Below, piece by piece: positions 54,914-64,000 of a stretch of 64,000 bases of DNA. The DNA comes from a bacterium (lineage in GTDB: Bacteria; Patescibacteriota; Minisyncoccia; Phycocordibacterales; UBA9973), in assembly GCA_037143195.1 (NCBI GenBank), contig JBAWZD010000001.1, positions 355,733-419,732 on the forward strand, written 5' to 3'. The notes under the pieces were generated by a model, which worked only from the letters and a program-made list of their open reading frames with translations, was not told where the DNA came from and ran no database searches. Made by a program: the position numbers and the translations under genes. Numbering within the stretch: the first letter of the stretch is position 1; each line of letters opens with the position of its first letter.

Positions 54914-55555
54914 TTACTGAGTAACCACGCCGAGTGTGCTGAACAATCCGTCAACAACGGGAATGATTGTTTCTTTTGTTACCACATCCTTCTTACCATG
55001 TGTAATTTCAAACATAATATCGAGTCGGTATTCCTCGTTTGGGACGGCTGTATCTGCTTCAAGAACTCTCCCCGCCTTGATTACAACAGACGTAGCATCA
55101 CCGAGACGAACATACGAGCGTTCAATGACAGAATCACCCCGATCGCCAAACAAGACAACGTAGGTTGAACCTCCCATTGAATCTTCAGACAGAGTCATCG
55201 GTGCAAATACGTCAAGACGCGCCTTCGTTCCACCTGAATCACTTTGAATGAATTTTCGCCCAATCAGTGCACCAAGCTTCACGGTACCTGTACCGATTTT
55301 TTTGTTACTCCCCATATACGGGTAAATTCCCGTACCATCGTGCAAGCCAACAAGAGCGTCACCTTTTGGAAGTGTTACAACTGCTTTCATAAGTCGATCA
55401 TTACTGGTCGTACTATATTTCGCAATTGTGAGATTTTCAGCAATGCGTTCACGAACCAATGTTTCCGCTCGCGCGTTCTCGATCTTTCGTGCAACGATAA
55501 AACAAATAAAAAAAACAAGTACTGTTAGAAATGGTATTAAAAATCTCTTTCTCAT
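54914..55555 (-). CDS. hypothetical membrane-anchored protein
   Basis: 213 aa, N-terminal TM, beta-rich ectodomain. Confidence 0.5.
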   Translation of the reverse strand: MRKRFLIPFLTVLVFFICFIVARKIENARAETLVRERIAENLTIAKYSTTSNDRLMKAVVTLPKGDALVGLHDGTGIYPYMGSNKKIGTGTVKLGALIGRKFIQSDSGGTKARLDVFAPMTLSEDSMGGSTYVVLFGDRGDSVIERSYVRLGDATSVVIKAGRVLEADTAVPNEEYRLDIMFEITHGKKDVVTKETIIPVVDGLFSTLGVVTQ

Positions 55556-55577
55556 ACCTCTAGTATATCATGGACGT

Positions 55578-56186
55578 TTATGAATGTTGTTTCGCGCGTT
55601 TCCAGATACGCTTCCAAAAAACAGCAAGTAAAATGATGGCGACGACAATAATGCTCAGCAAGAATTTACTCACCAGCGCGCTAATGGAAGGCCAATTGTC
55701 TCCAACATAATAGCCAATCGTACAATACAAAAGTACTTGAAGAATTTCACCGATACTTTCATATACAATATATTTGCGGTATGGAACCTCTCCAAGACCA
55801 CAGATAATGTTCACGCAGAGATTCGACACGACCTCAAACCTCGTAATAAAAATAAGAAATGCTGGTTTTGATTGAATCCGTTGTTCGAACGTCGCATATT
55901 TTTCGGAGGCAAGTATTTTTCGAAATCCGATTTGATTTAAAATACGCTTTCCATATCTTCGAGCAACATAATAGCCAACGTTGTCGCCCACAATGTTGCC
56001 AAGACTTCCCCACACAACAATCCAAAAGAATGACAAATATCCCTGACTCGCGAAGGCGGCACTCGCCATCAAGAGCGTCCCTGGTGGCACAGGAAATGCA
56101 AACGCAGCAATGAACGTAATAACAAAAATGGCTCCGTATTTATACAGAAGTAGATACGGCAGAATTACTTGGACGAGCCATGACAT
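55578..56186 (-). CDS. DedA/VTT-domain (SNARE-associated) family membrane protein
   Basis: ...GYLSFFWIVVWGSLGNIVGDNVGYYVARRYG... (DedA signature G..GD...Y..GR..G). Start placed at MSWLVQ (ATG at 56184-56186). Confidence 0.75.
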   Translation of the reverse strand: MSWLVQVILPYLLLYKYGAIFVITFIAAFAFPVPPGTLLMASAAFASQGYLSFFWIVVWGSLGNIVGDNVGYYVARRYGKRILNQIGFRKILASEKYATFEQRIQSKPAFLIFITRFEVVSNLCVNIICGLGEVPYRKYIVYESIGEILQVLLYCTIGYYVGDNWPSISALVSKFLLSIIVVAIILLAVFWKRIWKRAKQHS

Positions 56187-56221
56187 AGAAATACGAAGAG
56201 ATACGAGTATAATACTAACAC

Positions 56222-56782
56222 ATGTCAAAAAAAATACAGGATTACCTCAATACACTTCGCCTTCGTGACGATAGCCACGAACATATTGTGCGATCACCGC
56301 TTCGTGTCAAAAACGACGGATCAGCGACTTGTATTGAGGGCGCGCTCCTTGCAGCAAGTATCCTCAAGGCGCAAGGAGCGCGCCCTCTCCTCCTCGACCT
56401 CAAAGTAGGAGCCCGAAACACAAAAGACGTTGACCATGTCGTCGCCCTCTTCAAAAAAAACGGTGTCTGGGGCGCACTTTCTATGACCCACCATGCCGTC
56501 CTCAGGTACCGCGACCCGATTTACAAATCCGTCCGAGAACTCGCGATGTCATATTTTCACGAATATTTTACGGATGATGGCAAAAAGAATCTACGAAGTT
56601 TTTCGAAGCCGTTTGATGTCGACAAGCACGCAATACAAAATTGGGAAACGAGCACTGAAGATCTTTTTGAAATTGCCGTTGCTCTTGATGACTCCCCTCA
56701 CGAAATGATTCTTACAAAAGAAATGGAGCGCGGTCTCAGACTCGCAGATCCAATTGAAATACGTGCGAGTAATACACAATAA
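56222..56782 (+). CDS. hypothetical protein, possible papain/transglutaminase-like Cys-His fold
   Basis: 186 aa. Candidate catalytic Cys in DGSATCIEGALLAASIL and His in DHVVALFKKNGVWGALS. Weak inference. Confidence 0.35.
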   Translation: MSKKIQDYLNTLRLRDDSHEHIVRSPLRVKNDGSATCIEGALLAASILKAQGARPLLLDLKVGARNTKDVDHVVALFKKNGVWGALSMTHHAVLRYRDPIYKSVRELAMSYFHEYFTDDGKKNLRSFSKPFDVDKHAIQNWETSTEDLFEIAVALDDSPHEMILTKEMERGLRLADPIEIRASNTQ

Positions 56783-56785
56783 TCC

Positions 56786-57271
56786 TTACGAACGAGTAAG
56801 GTACGTAAAAAGATCAGTCCTCATTTTGCGTGACAAACATGGGAGTACTGTTTCTTCATCTTTTCCATGACGGTGCCACGATACTGCAAAATCACTCATG
56901 CCGAAAAATGTTTTGCTTCGAACTATTTCTACGTTAGTCAATTCTTTGTATGCAATCGCAGTAACAGTGTGAGACAAAATACCACTTCGTATATAAAGTC
57001 CTTTTTCTCCAGCCAAAAACGAAAAACCAAAATATTCAGGCAATACGGCAAGGCCCAAAAACAGCACGAGCGTACACACAAAAAAGAGTGCGACATGATA
57101 CGGCTTTCCAAACAAGAGAATAGCAAAAGTACTTTTTGCGAAAAACACTGAAACCAACCAGTGCAAAAGAACGAGCCCTCCTCCGATAAGCACAGGGTAT
57201 TTGATACTTCCGAGGACCATTGCGATTGCCGCTTGATACCCAAGTGAATACGGCCGGTCTCGTACAATCAT
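56786..57271 (-). CDS. membrane protein with a bacterial PH domain (YdbT/DUF304-like)
   Basis: Two N-terminal TM helices followed by a ~80-aa domain with the GEKGLYIRSGILSHTVTAIAYKELTNVEI pattern typical of bPH_2. Confidence 0.55.
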   Translation of the reverse strand: MIVRDRPYSLGYQAAIAMVLGSIKYPVLIGGGLVLLHWLVSVFFAKSTFAILLFGKPYHVALFFVCTLVLFLGLAVLPEYFGFSFLAGEKGLYIRSGILSHTVTAIAYKELTNVEIVRSKTFFGMSDFAVSWHRHGKDEETVLPCLSRKMRTDLFTYLTRS

Positions 57272-57331
57272 AGGGTTATTATAGTCGCTTTGGGCATTTA
57301 AAAAAAGGTAAAACTATGGTATCTTGTCCAT

Positions 57332-58942
57332 ATGAAAAAAACAGCCCTTCTCTCGGTCTACGACAAAACTGGTATTGTCGAATTCGCCCAAAGTTTACTT
57401 GATTTGCCCAATCAAGACTGGGAAATCCTCGCCTCAGGCGGTACTGCAAACGCGCTCGTTCGCGCAGGTATTCCCGTCACCGATGTTGGGAGTATCGTCG
57501 GCGACCCTATCCTCGGACACCGCGTCGTCACGCTTAGTCGTGAAGTCCACGCAGGACTCCTCGCCAAAGACAACGCCGAGGATCGTGCCGAACTCGACGC
57601 ACTTGGTATTCGCTTCATCGATCTCGTCTGTTGCGATCTCTACCCTCTCAAAGGCGCGATTACGGCGAGCGATGCAACAATGGAATCTGTCATCGAACAG
57701 ACCGATATTGGTGGGCCAACAATGATCCGTAGTGGTGCCAAAGGTGGACGTATCACTGTTTGTGATCCTGCCGACCGCACACGCGTCATCGAATGGCTCA
57801 CCACCGGTATGCCCGACAAGGAAAAGTTTGTCCAAAATCTCCGTGCCAAAGCCGAAGCTGTCATTGCCGACTATGTACTCACCTCTGCCCGATATCATGC
57901 GGGCGGTATGTACGACGGTATGGTTGGTACGCAAATCGCTGAATGCAAATATGGAGAAAATGCATACCAAACCCCAGCGCGCGTTTACGACGCGCTCTCA
58001 AACGACCCACTCGCGCTCAAACAATTCACTCTCGTCGCAGGAGCCTCGCCATCGTACAACAATTGGTGTGATGTCGACCGTATGCTTCAAACCATCACCC
58101 ATGTCGCCGCAGGTTTTGATGTGAATTTCAAATCAGTTCCAAAAATCGCGCTTGCGGTGAAGCATGGCAATACTTGTGGCGCAGCATTTGGTGACAACGC
58201 AGTCGAAGTACTTCAGAAGATGATCATGGGTGACCCTCGCGCAATTTTCGGAGGACTCGTCATGACCAATTTCCCTATCGACGACGCACTCGCAGAAGTG
58301 CTCCTTTCGTACAATATGCCCGAGGGTCAGCGTCGCATTCTTGACGGTATCATTGCTCCGGAATTCACCGGAAGTGCAATCGACCATTTGAAACGCAAAG
58401 GTGACAAATGTCGTTTCCTCGCAAACAGTGCGCTCCTCTCACTCACAAAAGACAGTCTCGATATGAATCCTCGTTTCCGTTATGCGCGCGGTGGTTTCCT
58501 CACTCAGCCAAACTACACATTCATTCTTGATTTGAAGAGCACAGATCTTGAGAAATCTGGACAAGCAACAGAAGCGCAAGAAAAAGATTTGCTCCTCGCC
58601 AAAGCGATTTGTGATACATCAAATTCAAATACAATCGCACTCGTTAAAGACGCGCAACTCATCGGCAACGGTGTCGGACAGCAAGACCGTGTCAGCGCAG
58701 CCAACCTCGCGACAATGCGTGCAGAAGCAGCAAACCATTTCATCGTAGGCGCAGTCGCTGCAAGTGACAGCTTCTTCCCATTCCCTGATGCTCCAGAGGT
58801 ACTCATCGCAGCCGGTGTCAAAGTCATCCTCTCGACCAGCGGTTCGGTCAACGATCCAAAGTCCATCGATGTCTGCCAAAAAGCGGGCGTCCCTCTCTAC
58901 CTCATTCCCGACACACTCGGTCGCGGATTCTTCGGTCACTAA
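57332..58942 (+). CDS. purH: bifunctional AICAR transformylase / IMP cyclohydrolase
   Basis: N-terminal MGS-like domain MKKTALLSVYDKTGIVEFAQ, ASGGTA, C-terminal AICARFT domain. Terminator at 58947-58978 (aaagccccga ttgt tcggggcttt gttttttt). Confidence 0.9.
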   Translation: MKKTALLSVYDKTGIVEFAQSLLDLPNQDWEILASGGTANALVRAGIPVTDVGSIVGDPILGHRVVTLSREVHAGLLAKDNAEDRAELDALGIRFIDLVCCDLYPLKGAITASDATMESVIEQTDIGGPTMIRSGAKGGRITVCDPADRTRVIEWLTTGMPDKEKFVQNLRAKAEAVIADYVLTSARYHAGGMYDGMVGTQIAECKYGENAYQTPARVYDALSNDPLALKQFTLVAGASPSYNNWCDVDRMLQTITHVAAGFDVNFKSVPKIALAVKHGNTCGAAFGDNAVEVLQKMIMGDPRAIFGGLVMTNFPIDDALAEVLLSYNMPEGQRRILDGIIAPEFTGSAIDHLKRKGDKCRFLANSALLSLTKDSLDMNPRFRYARGGFLTQPNYTFILDLKSTDLEKSGQATEAQEKDLLLAKAICDTSNSNTIALVKDAQLIGNGVGQQDRVSAANLATMRAEAANHFIVGAVAASDSFFPFPDAPEVLIAAGVKVILSTSGSVNDPKSIDVCQKAGVPLYLIPDTLGRGFFGH

Positions 58943-58987
58943 TACAAAAGCCCCGATTGTTCGGGGCTTTGTTTTTTTAATTTCAAT

Positions 58988-59329
58988 TTACTCTGCGGAA
59001 AAATATCCGATTCCTACGAGAAACAAAAATAGTTCGTTCTCACGTTCGGTTAAATTGATTTCCGGTGGATTCGCTCCCTCGTGAGGTGAAGGATATTCAA
59101 GCGCCTCTTTGTACAGAGCTATCCTCGGCGCACAGGTTGCATACTCACGAACCAAAGGATTGTTCTTATGCTCATCGAGCAATGCTTTTCTTGTTTTCGG
59201 TTCGGTTGGAACGAAAACAAAATCAGCGCACGGCCTGTGCTCAGCGATACGTACTTGTCCGTCAGTAAACGGTTCGAGGTCAACTTGAGTGTCCTCATTT
59301 GCGGGATTGATTGTGTCTGTGATCTGCAT
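58988..59329 (-). CDS. hypothetical protein
   Basis: 113 aa, acidic, no recognisable motif. Confidence 0.4.
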   Translation of the reverse strand: MQITDTINPANEDTQVDLEPFTDGQVRIAEHRPCADFVFVPTEPKTRKALLDEHKNNPLVREYATCAPRIALYKEALEYPSPHEGANPPEINLTERENELFLFLVGIGYFSAE

Positions 59330-59505
59330 ACAAATTTAGTTTTGATTTAAAAGAAAAAATAGCCCTTCAGGTCGAGTGACCGAAGGACTTTTGGTGGCGC
59401 TCCTTGATTCAAGAAACAACAACAGAAACCCTCCGAAGGAGCGGCTTCTTCGTCTTCTTTGTTGTATTCAATTGGAATGCGTACTGTGTATTCATGGCTT
59501 CTTTT

Positions 59506-59540
59506 ATAAAAAACCGCCCTCTTTCGAGGGCGGTTTTGTT
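59506..59540. terminator. rho-independent terminator hairpin
   Basis: aaaaaaccgccctc tttcga gggcggttttgtt. Confidence 0.65.
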
Positions 59541-59930
59541 GCAGTGCGAGTAGTGACTATACAACAAATGAGCCCTCAAGTGAGAGTGGCTTCGCCTTCT
59601 TTGAATTTGTTGTGGACAGACAATACATACCTGTTTTAATCATACGTGGCGAAGCGCTCACTGTCAATAATTATCTACGATTTTATAAAACATGATCCTG
59701 TATTGACGAACACACATGAAATGCTAATCTAAATATATGATGCTCGTAAAGCAACAAACGAATGCAGCTCCGGCAACACAGGCCTTTTATTGGACTCTCA
59801 CATTAGAGAGCTCCTCTTTGCGCTGACTTCCCCTCCTCCCCACAAAATAGCACAGACCAAAAAAGAGCTCTCTAATCATGAGAGCCATTTTTTTTGTGTT
59901 CCGAATCAATTCATCCTTTAAAAAAAGAAT

Positions 59931-60134
59931 ATGCAAAACCAAACAAATCATGCCGTACTCATCGTCCACGAGGGACCTCACGGCCACTACGCAGAATGTA
60001 CCTGCAAAGAACTCCATCCAGTACATTGGGCTGAGGGTGTTATCCCGATTCCCGATACGACGATCAAGTTGTGCAAGGAATGTAAACAAAGTTACTGTTG
60101 CAATCTTTGTCGTCTACTTGGTTCAATCCACTAA
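59931..60134 (+). CDS. small Cys/His-rich ORF (possible zinc-binding protein; weak call)
   Basis: 67 aa with HEGPHGHYAECTCKELHPVHW...CKECKQSYCCNLC. A bidirectional terminator follows at 60153-60188. Confidence 0.25.
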   Translation: MQNQTNHAVLIVHEGPHGHYAECTCKELHPVHWAEGVIPIPDTTIKLCKECKQSYCCNLCRLLGSIH

Positions 60135-60197
60135 CAGGTCACAAATGGCCGAAAAAAAATAGCCACCAAAAAGGTGGCTATTTTTATACAAAACACA

Positions 60198-61601
60198 TTA
60201 TTTTCCTGCAAGTTTTGCAGCGAGACCAATGTAATTCTCAGGAGTGAATGCGAGCAATTCTTTTTTGACAGCTGGTGTAACATCAAGCGCTTCAATGAAA
60301 GTCTTGAATTCAGCTATCGTCACGGCACGACCGCGAGTGAGCTCTTTGAGCTTCTCATATGGCATGGCGACTTTTTCTCGACGAAGCACGGTCTGGATTG
60401 CTTCCGCGATAACTTCTGGGTGGTCGGCGAGCGCTCCGCGAATGGCTGTTTCTGAAACGGCAATTTTTGAGAGACCTTTTTCGAGCGAGCCGTAGGCGAG
60501 CACGCTGTAACCGAATGCACTTCCAAAGTTGCGTTCAACAGTCGAATCAGAAAGATCACGCTGAAGACGTGATATTGGAAGCTTCGTTGCAAAATACATC
60601 AACATCGCGTTTGCCATACCAAGATTGCCTTCTGAATTTTCAAAATCAATCGGGTTCACTTTGTGAGGCATTGTCGAAGACCCAATCTCCCCCGCCTTTG
60701 GCTTTTGGATAATCCACGCGTCCGAAATGTAACGCCACATGTCTTGGTTGAAATCAATCAAGATTGTATTCGCACGACGAATAATATCGCAGAGTTCTGC
60801 GTATGTATCATGTGACTCAATTTGTGTGGTGATCAAATTCGCCTCAAGTTGTGCGCCTTTCTTTGTCATGACAGTCGTCTTTGTATCAATCGTGTTCAAA
60901 CTTGCAATAAACTTTTTGGAAAAATTCATCCAATCAATCTTTGGAAACGCAGACATATGCGCATTGTAGTTTCCCGTCGCACCATTTACCTTGGCAAGAA
61001 TTTTGAAACTCTTGAGCATCTTGATTTGTCGTTCGAGGCGAAATGCATACACGGCGAATTCTTTGCCGAGTGTTGTCGGCGAAGCACTCTGACCATGCGT
61101 GCGTGAGAGCATTGGAAGTTTGGCATATTCTTTTGCGTAGCCCTTGAGCTTCGCATGGATACTCTCGAGCGCTGGGATCAAGACGTCGTTCAATCCGTCA
61201 CGGAGCATGAGCGCATACGAGACATTGTTTGCATCTTCGGACGTGAGGCCGAAGTGAATCCATTCGATTTCATTCTTGATTGAAGTTTTTGCGAGCTGTT
61301 CCTTGAGGAAATATTCCACCGCCTTCACATCGTGATTGGTCGTTGCTTCGAATACTTTGACTGCTTCTGCATCACTTGGTGAAAGTTTGCAGACGGTACG
61401 AATTGTTTCCTTTTCGCTTGAGGTAAACGCACGAAGTCCGAGACCTTTTGTCTCGGAAAGTGCAATCAAATACTCACCCTCCATCACTGCGCGATATCGC
61501 ATAAGCGCCGCCTCACTGAAATATGGGCGAAGTCCTGCGACTTTGTCAGCATAGCGACCATCGAGCGGTGAAAGTGATTCGATTTGATTATTTGATTTCA
61601 T
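60198..61601 (-). CDS. purB: adenylosuccinate lyase
   Basis: 467 aa, fumarate-lyase signature region GSSTMPHKVNP, long PurB type with C-terminal ADSL_C. Confidence 0.95.
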   Translation of the reverse strand: MKSNNQIESLSPLDGRYADKVAGLRPYFSEAALMRYRAVMEGEYLIALSETKGLGLRAFTSSEKETIRTVCKLSPSDAEAVKVFEATTNHDVKAVEYFLKEQLAKTSIKNEIEWIHFGLTSEDANNVSYALMLRDGLNDVLIPALESIHAKLKGYAKEYAKLPMLSRTHGQSASPTTLGKEFAVYAFRLERQIKMLKSFKILAKVNGATGNYNAHMSAFPKIDWMNFSKKFIASLNTIDTKTTVMTKKGAQLEANLITTQIESHDTYAELCDIIRRANTILIDFNQDMWRYISDAWIIQKPKAGEIGSSTMPHKVNPIDFENSEGNLGMANAMLMYFATKLPISRLQRDLSDSTVERNFGSAFGYSVLAYGSLEKGLSKIAVSETAIRGALADHPEVIAEAIQTVLRREKVAMPYEKLKELTRGRAVTIAEFKTFIEALDVTPAVKKELLAFTPENYIGLAAKLAGK

Positions 61602-62559
61602 ATTGTTTGAGATTATTTTGAATACGCTGTTCGATTGGCACAGTGAAATCCATAGTGAATTCTTTGCCGGTCATCGTTTCATAAATCTCAATATATCGGC
61701 GTGAGAGCTCGGCAACCAAATCCTTCGGAGCATCGGGAATCGTCGCATCGTTGTATGGATCACAATTGTCTTTGAACCACAGACGGAGGAATTCCTTGTC
61801 GAAATATTCTGGTTCTGCGCCACTCGCCATACGTTCAGCATATGAGCCAAGTTTCCAATACCGTGATGAATCTGGAGTGTGAATCTCATCAATGAGTGTG
61901 AGTGTACCGTTCTCATCGAGACCGAATTCATATTTTGTATCAACGAGAATCAATCCGTGCTCGGCAGAAATTTCTTGTCCTCGTTTAAAAAGTGCGAGTG
62001 CGGTGTCACGAAGCCGTGTGAGTAATTCTTTCGTCGCAAAACCTTCGGCGACAAGCTCGTCGAGCGTGAGCGCGCGATCGTGTGCGTCTTCTTTGGTCGT
62101 CGGGTCAAAAATTGGTTCAGGGAGTTTGGAATTTTTTTGCAAACCGTCGGGCAACACAAGTCCTCCAAAATTGCGCTCACCATTTGAGTAGCGAGTCCAA
62201 ATTGAAGTATTGGTCGAGCCAGTGAGGTATCCGCGCACGACGGCTTCGACTTTGATCACTTCGCAACGCTTCACGACAACGACGTTCGCATCAGGCATGT
62301 CGATGATGTGGTTTGGCACAATGTCCTTGGTTTGCTCAAACCAAAAACGGCTCGTGCCTGTGAGGACGGCACCCTTACATGGAATATGCGCGATAATACG
62401 ATCAAACGATGAATGACGGTCGGTCGAAACCAAAATAACCTTGTCTGCCTGCGTGTAAATGTCGCGCACTTTGCCCTTCTTCTTCTCGCCCAAATTCGTA
62501 AGGTTGGTATCCTTGAGCACAAAATCGACGTTCTCCTTGAGTTTTTCGATTGGTATCAT
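61588..62559 (-). CDS. purC: phosphoribosylaminoimidazole-succinocarboxamide (SAICAR) synthetase, long form
   Basis: 323 aa, ...GKVRDIY...LVDTKYEFG... SAICAR synthetase motifs. Overlaps the purB start by 14 nt. Confidence 0.9.
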   Translation of the reverse strand: MIPIEKLKENVDFVLKDTNLTNLGEKKKGKVRDIYTQADKVILVSTDRHSSFDRIIAHIPCKGAVLTGTSRFWFEQTKDIVPNHIIDMPDANVVVVKRCEVIKVEAVVRGYLTGSTNTSIWTRYSNGERNFGGLVLPDGLQKNSKLPEPIFDPTTKEDAHDRALTLDELVAEGFATKELLTRLRDTALALFKRGQEISAEHGLILVDTKYEFGLDENGTLTLIDEIHTPDSSRYWKLGSYAERMASGAEPEYFDKEFLRLWFKDNCDPYNDATIPDAPKDLVAELSRRYIEIYETMTGKEFTMDFTVPIEQRIQNNLKQYEIK

Positions 62560-62586
62560 ACGTTTGAATCGCTACTAATAAATAAT

Positions 62587-63630
62587 TTAGACCAATACTG
62601 TCTTTCCAACTCCCGCCACAATCTCGCCGATCTCATATGGCTTGAATTCTTTTTCGTTCGCGAGCATTTCCATCGCACGAGCTTTTTCTGTTTGTGGCAC
62701 GATGAGCACCATACCGATACCCATATTGAATGCGCGGTACTGATCACTCTCAGGCACATTTGCAATTTTGATGATCGCTTGGAATATTGGAAGCACTGGC
62801 CATGTGCCTTTTTTGATTTGTACGTTTACGTTTTTTGGAATGACGCGCGGAATATTTTCGATGAATCCGCCTCCGGTGAGGTGCGCGATTGCGTTCACCT
62901 GTACACTTGCGTCGAGTACACGAAGTACCGCGGGAGCATAGTTGAGGTGGACTTTAAGCAATGCCTCTCCGATCGATTCGCCGAGACCTTCGTAGGTATC
63001 ATTTACTGTGAGTTTTGCCGTATCAAAAAATGCCTTTCGCGCGAGCGAGTAGCCGTTTGTATGAAGACCACTCGACGAAAGACCAATCACTGCATCACCG
63101 ACGGCAACTTTTTCACCAGTGATGATTTTGTCTTTTTCAACAACACCGGTGATTGCTCCCGCAATGTCGTGTTCACCTGCGAGATATGTTCCTGGCATTT
63201 CAGCCGTTTCGCCACCAATCAAACTAATTCCACCATCAAGACAGGCCTGTGCCATGCCACGCATAATCTCAGCCATGATACTTGTGTCGAGTTTCTCGTG
63301 CGCGACATAATCAAGAAATGTGATTCCTTTTGCGCCCATACAGACGATGTCATTGGCGCTATGGTTGACGATATCGGCACCGACGCGAGAATAGTCATTC
63401 GCCATTTTTGCGACCATGAGTTTCGTTCCAACTCCGTCGACACTCTGCACGAGCACAGGATTTTTGTAACTTTTCGCAATATCTGAAATATCGTAGAGCG
63501 CACCAAAACTTCCAATGCCTGCGAGGACGTTTGGAGTGTGGGTTGCCTTCACAATATCTTTGATCTGACGGACGACTTCATTGCCCGCCTCGATGTTTAC
63601 GCCTGATTGTGAGTATGCATCTTCGGCCAT
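62587..63630 (-). CDS. purM: phosphoribosylformylglycinamidine cyclo-ligase (AIR synthetase)
   Basis: 347 aa, ...GIGSFGALYD..., DGVGTK, PurM N- and C-domains. Confidence 0.95.
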   Translation of the reverse strand: MAEDAYSQSGVNIEAGNEVVRQIKDIVKATHTPNVLAGIGSFGALYDISDIAKSYKNPVLVQSVDGVGTKLMVAKMANDYSRVGADIVNHSANDIVCMGAKGITFLDYVAHEKLDTSIMAEIMRGMAQACLDGGISLIGGETAEMPGTYLAGEHDIAGAITGVVEKDKIITGEKVAVGDAVIGLSSSGLHTNGYSLARKAFFDTAKLTVNDTYEGLGESIGEALLKVHLNYAPAVLRVLDASVQVNAIAHLTGGGFIENIPRVIPKNVNVQIKKGTWPVLPIFQAIIKIANVPESDQYRAFNMGIGMVLIVPQTEKARAMEMLANEKEFKPYEIGEIVAGVGKTVLV

Positions 63631-63631
63631 A

Positions 63632-64000
63632 TTATTTTTGTCCTTCCAAATATGCCTTCACACCGAGACTGTGAAGTTTGTCATTCTTGATAGTAATATC
63701 ACTTGCCATTTTCTTTTTGTAATCGACAAGTTTTTGTGTGAGCGTCGCGTCGTTCGTCGCGAGAATTTGAACAGCAAGAAGTCCTGCATTCTTTGCTGCA
63801 TTAACTCCAACACAGGCGACAGGAATACCTGGTGGCATTTGGACCATTGAGAGGAGTGAATCAAGACCGTCGAGCGACTTGCCTTTGATTGGCACAGCGA
63901 TAACAGGAAGCGTTGTAACTGCAGCCATAACACCGGCGAGGTGTGCCGCGCCTCCAGCAGCAGCGATCATGACCTTAATCCCACGAGAGCTCGCCGAAGA
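63632..64000 (-). CDS. purE: N5-carboxyaminoimidazole ribonucleotide mutase, partial; the N-terminus lies beyond the window end
   Basis: ...[51 protein letters not shown]... canonical PurE core. The frame is open to the window edge. Confidence 0.9.
   Translation of the reverse strand, partial: SSASSRGIKVMIAAAGGAAHLAGVMAAVTTLPVIAVPIKGKSLDGLDSLLSMVQMPPGIPVACVGVNAAKNAGLLAVQILATNDATLTQKLVDYKKKMASDITIKNDKLHSLGVKAYLEGQK

Noticed and set aside
57434-57970. 178-aa minus-strand ORF inside purH
   Set aside because: Antisense to the PurH MGS-like domain.
62413-63486. 357-aa plus-strand ORF
   Set aside because: Antisense to purM/purC, whose products carry canonical motifs. The composition is low-complexity (C/H/F-rich) with no motif. 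It is a chance open frame.
1-64000. Possible alternative genetic code (UGA recoded as Gly, as in Gracilibacteria/SR1), which would explain any missing long ORFs
   Set aside because: Long genes (gyrA, hsdR, infB, BNR protein) are intact under the standard code. TGA/TAA/TAG all appear as genuine stops (for example the ATGA overlap hsdS/OLD and the TGA ending the 48129 ORF). The only missing long ORFs are the two that run off the window edges.

Overview
This 64 kb window has roughly 45-50% GC in the core and about 33% GC in one large region. It looks like a compact, streamlined bacterial genome, possibly CPR/Patescibacteria-like, judged from the short IF-2 and S1, a tandem family of small secreted proteins with TrbC/VirB2-like two-helix C-termini, and tightly packed operons. 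This lineage call is inference. The standard genetic code is in use.

Housekeeping content: clpB (runs off the window start), a cysteine desulfurase, infB-rbfA, a four-tRNA cluster, gyrA, rpsA, pth, lepB, hisS, def-fmt, hpf, purH, and purB-purC-purM-purE (purE runs off the window end). Many rho-independent, often bidirectional terminators are visible.

Accessory content:
- A tRNA-Asn(GUU) gene split in its anticodon loop by a ~244-nt group I intron.
- Immediately adjacent, a large serine recombinase whose 3' end overlaps the tRNA 3' exon, followed by a ~22 kb AT-rich island.
- Within the island, one tightly coupled operon in this order: Fic, HsdM, a small TM protein, HsdS, an OLD-family ATPase-Toprim nuclease, HsdR, a DUF3800-like protein, and a hypothetical protein. 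It reads as a Type I R-M system with an embedded PARIS/Gabija-like backup nuclease at the position where prrC/rloC sit in other hsd loci.
- Also in the island: a 717-aa protein built of about nine ~57-aa Trp-rich repeats, and a protein with an RNA-polymerase alpha-CTD-like C-terminus.
- Outside the island: a six-gene tandem array of pilin-like surface proteins, a cohesin-like anchor paired with a BNR-repeat dockerin protein, and two copies of a conserved ~55-nt core sequence, each sitting in the loop of a different long perfect hairpin (candidate structured RNA or mini-element).

Coordinates are from the ORF track where available. Manually placed features may be off by 1-2 nt.
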